Assembly: GCF_009914755.1 (NCBI RefSeq) | Contig: NC_060945.1 | Origin: the human T2T-CHM13v2.0 reference genome, Homo sapiens | Length of the DNA: 64,000 nt | Direction: 5' to 3' (one strand) | Shown here: positions 30,190 to 45,340 of the stretch, in pieces | Layout of the letters: each line of letters begins with the position of its first letter | Position numbering within the stretch: the stretch's first letter is position 1 | Made by a program: the position numbers and the translations under genes | The notes under the pieces: model-generated | The model's database searches: none | Told to the model about the DNA's origin: nothing | What the model saw: only the letters and a program-made list of their open reading frames with translations

Positions 30190-32180
30190 GTTGCAGTTTT
30201 AACCCAGACTGTAGGGCCCCTGCCAAGGCCAGTGGCCTATCTCTCAAAACAACTAGATGGGGTTTCCAAAGGCTGGCCCCCAAGTCTAAGGGCCCTGGCA
30301 GCAATGGCCCTGTTAGCACAAGAAGCAGATAAGCTAACTCTTAGGCAAAACCTAAAGTCCCCCCATACTGTGGTGACTTTAATAAATACCAAAGGACATC
30401 ATTAGCTAATGAATGCTAGACTAACTAGATACCAAAGCTTGCTCTGTGAAAATCCCCGCATAAGCATCGAAGTTTGCAACACCCTAAGCCCCGCCACCTT
30501 GCTCCTGGTATCAGAGAGCCCAGTTAAACATAACTGTGTAGAAGTGTTGGACTCAGTTTATTCTAGGGGGCCCAACCTCCGAGACCATCCTTAAACATCA
30601 GTAGACTGGGAGCTGTACGTGGATGGGAGCAGCTTCGCCAACTCCTGCAAAGTAACTCTGAAGAAGACGACAAGCCCTGCTCCAGTCACACCCGGAAGCT
30701 GACTGGTCCACACACGGCCGAAGCATGAGACAACTCATCGCGGGACTCATTTTCCTTAAAATTTGGACTTGTACAGTAAGGACTTCAACTGACCTTCCTT
30801 AGACTGAGGACTGTTCCCAGTATATACATCAAGTCACTAAGGTAGGACAAAAGATTGCTACAGTCCTGTTATTTTATGGTTATTATAAGTGTACCGGGAC
30901 TCTAAAAGAAACTTGTTTGTATAATGCTATTCTATCCAAGGTATGTAGCTCAGGAAATAACCAACCTGATGCCTGTTATGACCCATTTTAAGCCTCCCAT
31001 GATCACAGTTTTTAGAATAAAATTAAGGACTGGTCATTTTCTAGGCGACGCAAGTAAAGTAACAGCTAAGACAGAAGAAAGATGGGTCCCCAAGCATATA
31101 ACCCTAAAACTTAATGCTTGTGCCACTATCAATAGCAATCGGCATAGGATAAGATGTGGTTCTTTAAATTGAAAAAAAAAAGTTACACGGCAGGAAATAA
31201 GTATATCTGCCATGAATTAAGCTCATGTGCAACTGTGTGTAATTACTGGTCTTGTGTCATCTGGACTACTTGGAAAAAGGATGAAAAAATCCTGTTTAGC
31301 TCCAAAAAGGAGAAGGCAGCCCCGCCTGTATGAGTGGAAGCTGCAACCCCTTAAAATTAGTAATTACAAATCCCTTAAACCCAAGGTAGAAAAAAAGAGA
31401 ACACATATCTCTGGGCATGGATAGAAAAGGACTAGATCCTAGAGTAAATATCGTAGTAAAAGAGGAGGTTCATAAACTCTCTCTAGAACCAGTATTTCAG
31501 ACTTTCTATGATGAACTAAATGTGCCAGTACCAGAGACTCCAGGAAAAACCAGAAATCATTTTTGCAATTAGCCAAGCATGTAGCCCAGTCTCTAAATGT
31601 CACTTCATGTTATGTTTGTGGAGAAACTGTAATAGGAGATCAATGGCCATAAGAAGCCTGAGAATTAGTGCCTACAGACCCAGTTCCTGATGAATTCCCG
31701 GCCCAAAAGAAATCACCTTGATCATTTCTAGGTTCTAAAAGTCTCAATTATTAGAAAATATTGCATAGTTTAAAAAAGGAAAGAATTCACTCATTCTGTA
31801 GGATGACTTAGTTGCCTTGGACAAAAACTGTATAATGGTACCACAAAAACAGTTACATGTGGAGTTCAAGCCATACAGATAAAAATTCATTCAGTAAATT
31901 TCCAAAGTTGCTGACTGTTTGGGCCCCCCCAGAATCCCACTGGGGCTGGAGGCCCCCACTGGGCTATACTAGATATGTAGACATCCAGCCCATGCTAAGC
32001 TGCCTGACCAGTGGACAGGTAGTTGTGTTATTGGCACTATTAAACCATCTTTCTTCCTACTGCCCATAAGAACAGGTGAACTCCTGCTTCCCTGTCTATG
32101 CCTCCTGCAAAAAGTGAAACATAGCCATAGATAATTAAAAAGATGATGAATGGCCTCCTAAAAAAATTATACAATACTCA

Positions 32181-32348
<168 letters not shown>

Positions 32349-32921
32349 CTATAGGCCTGCCACTTAGACATAACACAGGTCATGGGGATACCGGACCCCC
32401 ATTTACATGCTCAACGAAATCATACAGTTGCAAGCTGTTTTAGAAATCATCACTAATAAAACCGGTCAAGCCTTGACTGTTCTGGCCCAGCAAGAAACTC
32501 GGAGAAGAACTGCTATCTATCAAAATACACTGGCTAGCAGCTACTTGCCATCGATCAATAGATCGACTACTTGCTAGCAGGCGAAAGAGAGGTCTACAAG
32601 AAATTTAACCTTACTAATTACTGTGTACACATAGATAATTAAAGACAAGTAGTTAAAGACATAGTTAGAAATATGACAAAACTGGCACATGTGCCCTTGC
32701 AAGTGTAACACGGATTCGGCCCTGGAGCCAGGTGGTTCCCAGCACTAGAAGGATTTAAAACTCTTATAATAGGAGTTATAATAGTAACAGAAACCTGCTT
32801 ACTGCTCCCTTATTTGCTACCTGTACTTCTTCAAATGATAAAAAGCTTCATCGCTACCTTAGTTCACCAAAATGCATCAGCACAAGTGTACTATATGAAT
32901 CACTAGCAATCTATTGTACAA

Positions 32922-33477
32922 TGTAATGCCCAACCTTGTTCTTACTAACCCTGTTCTTAGACTCTCCCTTTCCTTTACTCACCTAGCCTCATTTCCACCT
33001 GAATGGACTCTCCCTTAGCTGAGAGAGCCAGACAGACTCCATCTTGGCTCTTTCCCTGGCAGCCCCTTCCTCAAGGACTTAACTTGTGCAAGCTGACTCC
33101 CAGCACATCCAAGAATGCAGTTAACTGATAAGATACTGTGGCGAGCTATATCCGCAGTTCCCAGGAATTCGTCTGATTGATAACGCCCAAAGCCAAGACT
33201 ATCATCTTGTAATAGTCTTAAAGCCCCTGCACCTGGAACTGTTTACTTTCCTGTAACCATTTATCCTTTTAACTTTTTTGCCTACTTTACTTCTGTAAAA
33301 TTGTTTTAACTAGACCCCCCCTCCCCTTTCTAAACCAAAGTATAAAAGAAAATCTAGCCCCTTCTTCGGGGTCAAGAGAACTTTGAGCATTAGCCATCTC
33401 TTGGCCGCAGGCTAAATAAACGGACTCTTAATTCGTCTCAAAGTGTGGCGTTTTCTCTAACTCGCTCAGGTACAACA
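32922..33477 (+). mobile_element. Solo LTR (LTR6/HERV-S71-like) inserted at the end of Harlequin env
   Basis: TGTAATGCCC...GGTACAACA; TATAAA and AATAAA present; TSD ACAA at 32918-32921 and 33478-33481. Confidence 0.8.
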
Positions 33478-34072
33478 ACAAGAAGACATAAGTGGCAAAG
33501 ATAAGAGTGAGAACTCCCACTAATAAAAAGTGAGAGTCTCAAAGCAGGGGAATGAGGTAAGAGAGAGACCCTCTCATATTGTTTTATATTGTTCTATACT
33601 CAGAAAAAGAGAAGTGAAACTAAAGGCAGGTAGCCCGGCGCCTAGGAAGCAGACCTGAAACCAGGCCTGGGCCTGCCTGACCTAAGCCTGGTAGTTAAAA
33701 TTCGACCCCTGACCTAGGAACTGATGTTATCTATAGATTCCAGACATTGTGTGGAAGGACATTGTGAAACCTCCCGTTCTGTTCTGTTTCACTCTGACCA
33801 CCGGTGCTCGCAGCCCCCGTCACATACCCCCTGGCTTGCTCAATCGATCACGACCCTCTCACACGGACCCCCTTAGAGTTGTGAGCCCTTAAAAGGGACA
33901 GAAGTTGAGCACTGAGGAGCTCGGATTTTAAGACGCTAGCCTGCCCATGCTCCCAGCTGATTACAGCCACTCCCTTCACTATCTTGGTGTCTGAGGGGTT
34001 TTGTCCACAGCTCATCCTGCTAAAACAGCTCACTACAATCTCAAACTCCTGAGCTCCAGTGATTCTCCTGCC

Positions 34073-34549
34073 TGTGAAAGGAAAACAAATCTTGCCCCTG
34101 CCCCCACCCCAAATCACTAAGCTAAAGGGAAAAGTGAAGCTGGAAACTGCTTAGGGCCAACCTGCCTCCCATTCTATTCAAAGTCACCCCTCTGCTCACT
34201 GAGGTAAATGCATGTCTGATGGCCTCCTTTGAAAAGACTAATCAGAAACTCAAAAGAATGCAACCATTTGTCTGTCTCCTACCTGTGACCTGCAAGCCCC
34301 CTCCCCGCTTCCTGTCTTCCTGCCTTTGCTTCAGGTTGTCCTGCCTTCCAGACCGAACCAATGTACTTCTTACCTATATTGATTGATGTCTCACGTCTCC
34401 CTAAAATGTATAAAACCAAACTGTGCCCCGACCACCCTGGGCACGTGTTGTCAGGACCTCCTGAAGCTGTGTTGCGGGTGCGTACTCAACCTTCGCAAAA
34501 TAAACTTTCTAAATTAACTGAGGCCTGCCTCAAATTTTCAAGGTTCCCG
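34073..34549 (+). mobile_element. MER4A1-like solo LTR
   Basis: TGTGAAAGGAAAACAAATC...; TSD TGCC at 34069-34072 and 34550-34553. Confidence 0.85.
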
Positions 34550-35246
34550 TGCCTTAGCCTCCCGAGTAACTGGGACTACAGGCACGTGCCACCACGCCCG
34601 ACTAATTTTGTTGTTGTTGAGACAGAGTCTAGCTATATTGCCCAGGCTGGTCTCCAACTGCTGGGCTCAAGTGATCTTCCTGCCTCTGCCTCCCAAAGCG
34701 CTGGGATTACAGCCACGAGCCACCATGCCCGGCCTTCTTTTTCTCTTTCCAGCATTGGCTTTGAAATCTTATGAAATCCAAGCGGATGGGAGCCTAAGCT
34801 AACGAGTATGTCTTGATGGTTTTAGTTCATCAGAACCCTTGCCAAGACTTTTATTTTTAAATGTACGGCTTAAAATATATCATCCTCGGCCCTGAGCCAA
34901 TGAGAGGAAGCCAAGGTAAAACACTCTCTTCTCCAGGACATATGGAAAGTCGCTGCTGCCGGAGTAAGGGAGAAATTCTAGAAAGGACGTTCTAGTGCAA
35001 CAGGCAAAGTTTCATGGCACCGACAGCTATTTTCCAGGAAAGAAGCTTTAAACTATGGAGTTTATGGAAAAAAAGAAAGGGGGGAAAAGACATTTCTGCA
35101 AACTGACCTAAGCCCTGGGAATCTGAACCTTCCTATCTGAGGAAAGGGAAGGGGGACTCCGAGGGCCTCTGCAGGACACAGGTGCAATGTTTACCTGCTG
35201 CTGTCAGTGAGGATCCTCTGCATGGAGGAGCCCTTCCTTGGCCTGA

Positions 35247-35504
<258 letters not shown>

Positions 35505-35703
35505 TGATCTTCCTACCTCAGCTTCCCAAAGTGCTGAGATTTCAGGCGTGAGCCACCGCGCCAGCCCAGGCTGTTGTCTTTCTCATGGCTTTGAGTTTCC
35601 ACCCTTCCTCCCTTTTCCTTGTGCCACTGAGCACTTTAAAAATCCTAATTGTGTCACCAGACGGGTTGCAAACTAAGGCATCTACTTGCGGGAGTCAGCC
35701 TAA

Positions 35704-35936
<233 letters not shown>

Positions 35937-36330
35937 TAGTAGAGATGGGATTTCTCCATGTTGGCCAGGCTGGTCTTGAACTCCCGACCTCAGGTGATCC
36001 ACCCACCTCGGCCTCCCAAAGTGCTGGGATTGCAGGCGTGAGCCACCGCCCCCGGTCACAGTATTTTTAAGGTGTATTTTCCAGCATCTTTTGATGCTCT
36101 TCATACTTTTTTCAACCTTTCAGTTATTTAAGTGCATCATTCTCTTTCCACAATCTCAGCACCCTGAGGGTTTCCGCTTCTCTTCTGCCCCTTTGGTGAA
36201 TGCTCTATTTATGATTCTTCTTGTAAAACTGAACACGTTGGGTGGCTCTTCCACTCAGCCCAGCTGGAGCTACACTGCCTAGAGGCCAGGGTGATCCTGG
36301 GATGTCACAAGCGCAGTGAAGGGACCCTTA

Positions 36331-36470
36331 TGTTACAGGAAAGGGGTCCAGATCCAGACCCCAAAAGAGGGTTCTTAGATCTCGTGCCAAAAAGAATTCA
36401 GGGCCAGTCTGTAAAGCGAAACCAAGTTTATTAAGAAAGTAAAGGAATAAGGGAATGGCTACTCCAAAGG
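36331..36470 (-). mobile_element. ERV1 LTR 3'-end fragment
   Basis: TGTTACAGGAAAGGGGTCCAGATCCAGACCCC...GTTTATT resembles a common ERV1 LTR end; subfamily uncertain. Confidence 0.5.
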
Positions 36471-36820
36471 CGGAATAGGAATACGACTAGGAAACGGCAT
36501 GCAGTGCTACTAGATAGTCAAAGTTTCAGATTTTTTAATTTATTGTTGGGATTGGGGTGTCGTTAGAAAAAAGTATGAAAAGAGACGGTTAGCAGTGCAA
36601 TTGAAGACATGTTAGGTTAATATATAATGTATGAGTCTGTGTAACGGATAGTTTTTATTCATCATAAAATTCTCAAAAGACTCACAGATGTGTGGCCCTT
36701 GCAGCTGTTCTTCCCTTGCTAACAGCGTTAGGCTCTGACTCAGAGGAGTTTTGTGCCAAAGAATTCTGGCAGCGTCTACAGTTCTTGTGAAATTCCCAGT
36801 GAGGAAATCGTTCACTGTGA

Positions 36821-37487
<667 letters not shown>

Positions 37488-37716
37488 TGATCCACCTGCC
37501 TTGGCCTCCCAAAGTGCTGAGATTACATGTGTGAGCCACCGCACCCAGCCCAAAGTCTGTTTTTCTTGGCGGGGGTTGGCAGTCAGGGAGCAAATCAGAG
37601 TGGCCTATGCACAAAAGGTTGAGAACAGAACTGTGATTTGGAGAGGGAATTCTCCAGCCAGCGTGTCACAAAGCTGCTCACCTGCTCGTGTGAGTGTCTG
37701 AATGCACGTGTTTGAG

Positions 37717-37907
37717 TGTCAGAGGCGTGTGAACCACAGCAACTCAATCTTGAATAGGGGCTGGGTAAAGTGAGGCTGAGACCTCCCGGGGCTGCATTCC
37801 CAGATGGTTAAGGCATTCTAAGTCACAAGATGAGATAGGAAGTTCGCACAAGACACTGGTCATAAAGACCTTGCTGATAAAACAGGTTGCAGTAAAGAAG
37901 CCGGCTA
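37717..37907 (+). mobile_element. MER41 LTR, 5' portion only
   Basis: TGTCAGAGGCGTGTGAACC...GCATTCCCAGATGGTTAAGGCATTCTAAG...; truncated at an Alu. Confidence 0.8.
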
Positions 37908-38315
37908 GGGCCGGGCGCGGTGGCTCATGCCTATAATCCCAGCACTTTGGGAGCCCAAGGCAGGCGGATCACCTGAGGTCAGGAGTTCGAGACCAGCCTG
38001 ACCAACGTGGAGAAACCCTGTCTCTACTAAAAAGTACAAAATTAGCCGGGTGTGGTGGTGCATGCCAGTAGTCCCAGCTACTCAGGAGACTGAAGCAGGA
38101 GAATTGCTTGATCCCGGGAGGCGGAGGTTGTGGTGGGCCAAGATCGCACTATTGCACTTCAGCCTGGGCAACAAGAGTGAAACTGTCTCACACACACACA
38201 AAAAGTTATAGGTAGGACAATTTCCAGGTATGGTTGTTTTGCAATCAGGGCATCTCAGCGGGTCCACCAAACAGGAGGTTTGTCTCTGTGCCTGGATGGT
38301 TTCATTACTCATTCA

Positions 38316-39223
<908 letters not shown>

Positions 39224-39930
39224 AAAAGAAAGAAAAAACCAACACTGGTGCCATCCTAGAGTTCTGGGTAGTCATGAGCAAGTGCACACTGCGAGTCTTA
39301 CTGAAGTCACAGGGGAGGGGTGGGACACAGTGTGGGGATCTCTCCAGGGCTCTGCTCTCTGGTGCACAGGGCTCAGGGAAGGCCCGGCATTTGGCAGTTG
39401 CCCAGTGACTCGGGGAAAAGAGGGATGGACCACACTCAGAACCCTGCTTAGGGCAGCAGAAGGATGTAGGCACTGTCCCTGGTACCCAGGCAGCAGGCTG
39501 GGCATTCCTTGGTCAATGTTTGCCAGGCACATGATAACCTAAGTGTGCAGGTGATGTTCAAGCCAGGTCAGGACATGGGGAACCACCTGGCTTCTCTCCA
39601 GTGCTTGCCATGATGTCCCAAATGAAGGTGATTTTTTTTTCTTTTTTTTGAGACTAGGTCTCATTCTTTTGCCCAGGCTGCAGTGCAGTGTCAAGATCAC
39701 GGCTCACTGCAACCTCTGCCTCCTGGGCTCAAATGATCTGCCCACATCAGCCTCCTGAGTAGCTGGGACCACAGGCGCCCACCACCATGGCTGGCTAATT
39801 TTTTGTACTTTTAGTAAAGACGGGCTTTCACCATGTTAGCCAGGATGGTCTCGATCTCCTGACCTCGTGATCCACCTGCCTCGGCCTCCCAAAGTGCTGG
39901 GATTACAGGCCTGAGCCACTGCACCCAGCC

Positions 39931-41792
39931 AAGTGCTGGGAACCATTTTCTAAACATGGCCCCAGGATCAAATCCATTCCACACTTGCATGGGCACATGT
40001 GCCAGTTTTGTCGTATCTCTAACTATGTCTTCAACTGCTTGCCCTTCATTATCTATGTGTACGCAGCAATTAGTAAGGTTAAATTTCCTACAGACCTTTC
40101 CTTCAGCTGCTAGCAAGTAGTTGAGAGCTAATCTATTTTGACATATAGCATTTCTCATCTGAGCTTCTTGCCAGGCCACAATAGTCAAGGCTCTGCTGGT
40201 TTTATTAATGTTTATTTTTAAGACAGCTTGTAACTGTATGATTCGGTTGATCATGTAAATGGGGGTCCGGTATCCCCACGAGCCGTCTTGTGCCTAAGTA
40301 GCAGGACTATAATGTTGTATGATTCTCTCAGGGGGCCATTTATCATTTTTTCAATTTCTTATGGCTACGATTCTCTTTTCGCGGGAAGAATAGACAGGGA
40401 AGCCCAGGAGTTCGCCTGTTTTTTTGGGCAGTAGGAAGAAAGATGGCTTAATAGTACCAATAACACAACTACCTGCCTACTGGTCAGGTAATTTGGCGTA
40501 AGCTCTGTGCCTACATATCCAGTATAATCCAGTGGGGGCTGTCCAGTCCTGGTGGGACTCCGGGTGGGTCCACACAGTTTGCAACTTTGGGAATTTACTA
40601 AATGGATTTCTCTCTGTGTGATTTGAACTGGAGTTCACTGGAGTCCACCAAGTGACTGTTTTTGTGGTATCATTATACAGTTTCTGTCTCCGACAACTAA
40701 GTCGTCCTCTGGGGTGAGTGAATTCTCTTCCTTCTCTAGCTATGCAATATTGTCTAATAATTGAGGCTTTTAGGACCAGAAATTATCAGGGTGATTCTTT
40801 TGAGCCGGGAATTCATCAGGAACTGGGTCTGTAGGTACTAATTCTCGGGCTTCCCATGGCCATTGATCTCTTATTACAGCTTCTCCACATACATAGCATG
40901 AAGTGACATTGAGAGACTGGGCTATATGCTCAACTAATTTCAAAAACAAATTTCTTGTTTTTCCTGAAATTTCTGGTACTGGCACATTTAGTTCATCATA
41001 GGAAGTTTGAAACACTGGCTCAGGAAAGCGTTTGTAAACTTCTCCTTGAACCAAGATATTTAGTTGAGGATCCAGTCTGGCCCAATCAATTCCTAAGGTC
41101 ATGCGCTCCTCTGTTTTTCTAGCGAGGGTCAAGGGGCTTGGTTATTACTAGCTCTAAGGGGTTACATTGTCCCTTAGTACAGGAAGGGCCATTTTTTCCT
41201 TTCTGAAGGTGGACTGGATCTTTTTCATTTTCTTTTTGTCCAAGTGGCCAAAATGACACAAGACCAGTGTTTACATTTATTTCCACACAGTGCTAATTTA
41301 TGACAGATGTATTTATTTTCTGCCATATAGCCTTTTCTAATGAAGAGAACCACAACTTATTCCTAACTTACTACTATTAATGACAGCATAGGCATCAAAT
41401 TTTAAGATGAATTGTTTGGGCACCCCTTTTTCTTCTGTTTTGGCTAACACTTCACTCGTATCATTTATGAGTCCACACCAGTCCTCAGTCCTTAATCTTA
41501 TTTTAAAAACTATGGTCATGGGAGGCTCAGATGGGTCATAACACACATCAGGTTGGTCATTTCCTGGGCTACATACTTTGTATAGAATAACATTACACGA
41601 ACAAGTTCTTTTTAGAGTTCCAGTACACTTATAATAACCATAAAATAATAGGACCATAGCAACCTTTTGTCCTACCTCAGTGACTTGATGTATACAATGG
41701 GAACTGTCCTTAGTCTGAGGAAGGTCATTTGAAGTCCTTACTGTAAAAGTCCAAATTTTAAGAAAAATGAGTCCCGCAATGGGTTTTCTCAT
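39931..41792 (-). pseudogene. ERV3/HERV-IP-like env broken into ORF pieces (41337-41792, 40770-41132, 39931-40254)
   Basis: Env start MRKPIAGLIFLK, CYVC (CxxC), ISD, CRKFNLTNCC. Confidence 0.8.
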
Positions 41793-44700
41793 GCTTCGGC
41801 TGTGTGTGGACCAGTCAGCTTCCAGGTGTGACTGGAGTAGGGCTTGTCGTCTTCTTCAGAGTCACTTTGCAGGGGTTGGCGAAGCTGCTCCCCTCCACGT
41901 ACTGCTCACAGTCTACTGATGTTCAAGGATGGTCTCAGAGGTTAGGCCTGCTAGAATAAACTGAGTCCAACACCTTTACACAGTTATGTTCAACTGGGCT
42001 CTCTGATACCGGGAGAAATGTGGTGGGGTTTAGGGTGTTGCAAACTTCAATGGTTATGTGGGGATTTTCAAATAGCATGATTTGGTACTTGGTTAATCTA
42101 TCATTTGTTAACCAATGATATCCTTTGGTATTTATTAAGGTTACCACAGCATGGGGGGTCTTTATATTCAGATTTTGCTTAAGGGTTAGTTTATCTGCTT
42201 CTTGTGCTAACAGGGCTGTTGCTGCCAGGGCCCTTAGACGTGGGGCCAGCCTTTGGAAACCCTGTCTAGTTGTTTTGAGAAATAGACCACTAGCCTTGAC
42301 CAGGGCCCCACAGTCTGGGTTAAAACTCCAACTGCCATTTTTTCTCTTTCTGACACATAGAATGTTGAGTTTTGTCAGGTCAGGTAGCCTCAGGGCTGGA
42401 GCTGACGTGAGTTTTCTTTTAACTCATGAAAAGCTCGTTGCTGTTGGTTGTAATAGATGTAGTTTATCCAATCTACATTTTTATTAACTGTCACCTACCA
42501 AAATATTGACTCAAATCCTGCAGCTATTTGATTTCAAGCTTTAAATTGATCTGGTATTCCTCGTGGGACTCCAATTGCGTCTAAATAGACATGAGAGTTG
42601 AAAGACCCCTAAGGAGCTTCTCTCGCTTTATGATGTCTTATTGATGAAATGCCAGGGTGAAAGGGATAGCCAACCGGACTAAAGTACAAGTGCCACTCCA
42701 GTTATTCGGCAGAGTGCCCAGTAAAGGTCCACCACAATACCACCACACATCCGCTCAGGGATGAACAAGGGCTGCCTCATTGATAAGCTCTTGAAAATTC
42801 TTATGCTTCACTGCATCCTTTCAGGTCTCCAAGGAACACGAAGTTTCCTCCCTGTCATGAGAGACACGAAGTGAACTTAGTGTTGGGAGACGGAGGTTGG
42901 ATGGCCCTCAGGGGCTGACCCACAGGGTGCTGGACTTTGGGATATAGCAGAGAGAGCTTGGCACGACTTATTACTCCAGGCCGTAGAATCCTGGAAAAGA
43001 GCTACCATGCAGCCCACACCTGGTCAACTGGAGGACCACCTTAGTGGAAAGGGGACAATCTGGGCCTCTGGCCTGCCATGTGCACAAGCATAACAATTGG
43101 TTTTATTTAATGTCAAATGGAATATTTGATCCATTTTAACTAGGCATTTGCATCTTGGTATCCTGTCTTAATTGATAAAGTTTGTTTTAAGTCTTTAACT
43201 TCTATGATCCTCTAGTAAAATGAATGTATGGTTTTAGGAAATTATAAAAACCGGTTGGGTCAGTCCGTCCTTGCTCTTTAGTGGTCCACAGGACGTTGGA
43301 CCAACTATGGCATGAAAGCTCTACGTCAGGGGGCAAGACTCCTAGTTGGCACTGGGGTGTTTATTGAAATCTCCCCGGATTAAATGGTCCTCGTTTACTA
43401 ATGCCCAGTCTGAGGAGAGTCAGGAGGGGCAGAGATACTTTTCTGAAGTAGAAAGCTGTCTTGGATTTGGCAAGTCCCCACAGGGTATAACAAGGCAAGA
43501 ATTAAATGCAATAGTTTGAGGTGAAATTGATTTGATTATGTTAATAACTATATGGTCAACAATAGAATGAGGAAAGAAGAAAGAGTAATAGAGTAGATGA
43601 AAAGAGTTACATTTTTCTTAGCTTTAGTTTGGTAGGGTTTTCCCCTGGGACTATGGCCCCCACCTCTGGAGGGGGTGGCGCTTTCTTGACTTGGGTGTGA
43701 TGAGTCCATCTTTTTTTTTTTCTGTAAAAACAGCAGTCTTGGTGGTTAGCAGGACAAGGTAGGGTCCTTCCCAGGCGGGCTCAAGTTTTTCTTCTTTCCA
43801 CCCTTTGATGAGAACGTGATCTTCAGGCTGGTGCTGATTTACTGGAAATTCTAGCGGTGGTACATGTGCTAAAAGACTTTTAGTTTTTGAGAGAAAGGAA
43901 AGTGGAAGATAAACCAAGTATATAATTTTTAAGAAACTGACCTTTTGTTTTAAATGTGGGGACCTTGGCAGTGGACTTTATAGTCCTTAGTGTCTTTTTA
44001 CTGAGAAATTTCCTTTAGCACCTATTTTTATTAGTTTTTAAACCAAAGAAAGCCAAATACCATTTTACATTTAACAATGCTTCTTGTATGATTTTTATAC
44101 CAGATAAGCTAAATGTTATGTTTATATTAGTGTGTTATTAATGTTAAACCTAATTTTAATAAAAGCCTGTAGACATATTTATCTAATTTTTAATGTTTGA
44201 CCGTAAGTTACGATTTTATAGACTCTTTTTAACCTTTCATAATTTTTGCTAAAGAGCAGGTTGGTGCTTTAAGAAAAACCTGTTATGCTTTTACTTTAAT
44301 GTCTAGTTCACAGAAAAACTGGATGATACTTCTTTAACTTTAGCAAATATGTTTATACACAGAATTTCCTTTACAATTAATGTTTTAAAATTTGCTTAAA
44401 CCTTCAAAACAATAAATTTTTAACTTTTTAATGTAGGTAAAAATGTACATTCTTATGCCTCCTTATAATCCTTTTACCAAAGATATATTTTACTTTTCTT
44501 ATACACCTTGCACATAAACTGTTGTTTTTTTTTTTTTTTCAATAGTTTTACATTCAGGAGGCCTAGTTACTTTTAAATTATACAACATTTTTTGCATAAA
44601 TTCTTTTTTATAACATTTTTCTCTTTCTTGACTTTTGCAGACAATTCTTCCACATGCCTCAACTTTCTGACTTATTACAAATATTTCTTTCTTTAAACAA

Positions 44701-44863
44701 CCAGTTAATTTATTTCAGGACAAGAATTTACCATATAATACTCTTTTTATATAAATTCCACCCGCCCCCTTTTTTTTCCTTTTTTTTTTTTTTTCCCTTA
44801 GGATACTTCTGAACTGGTGAGATGTGCTCACAATGAGGTTTCCTCTAAAAGTTATTCTTTTTC

Positions 44864-44894
<31 letters not shown>

Positions 44895-45134
44895 GTTAGC
44901 GAAGCAGTTGCCGCTACAGATTGAATGCATTTGGGCCATCCGCGGGTTATGGGGTTAAGGATTTTTGATAGGAAGGCCTCAGTGCTTTCGGGATATGCCC
45001 TTGTTTACACTGACAACAAAGTGGTATCGGACTGTTATAGGGTTACGGAGAATACCTTCAATTATCAATTATAGGTTTTAAATTTACCTTGGCTTTTAAA
45101 GAATAGGGTACACTTTTTTTTAACTACTTGTATA

Positions 45135-45340
45135 TCTCTTTCTTTCTTTCTCTCTTTGACTTTGTCTCTCTCTTTCTGACTTTCCTTTTGCCTCTGTCTC
45201 TTCCTCTCTCTGCCTCTCTCTTTCTCTCTCTCTCCTTGACTCCCTCTTTGTCTGTTCCTCTCTGTCTCTTCCTCTCTCTCTTTTCCTCTCTTCCTCTCTG
45301 TCTCTTTCCTCTCTCTCTCTCTGCTGCTCTTTCCTTGCCT
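45135..45340. repeat. CT-rich low-complexity tract within the Harlequin gag region
   Basis: (CT)n-like degenerate sequence. Confidence 0.8.
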
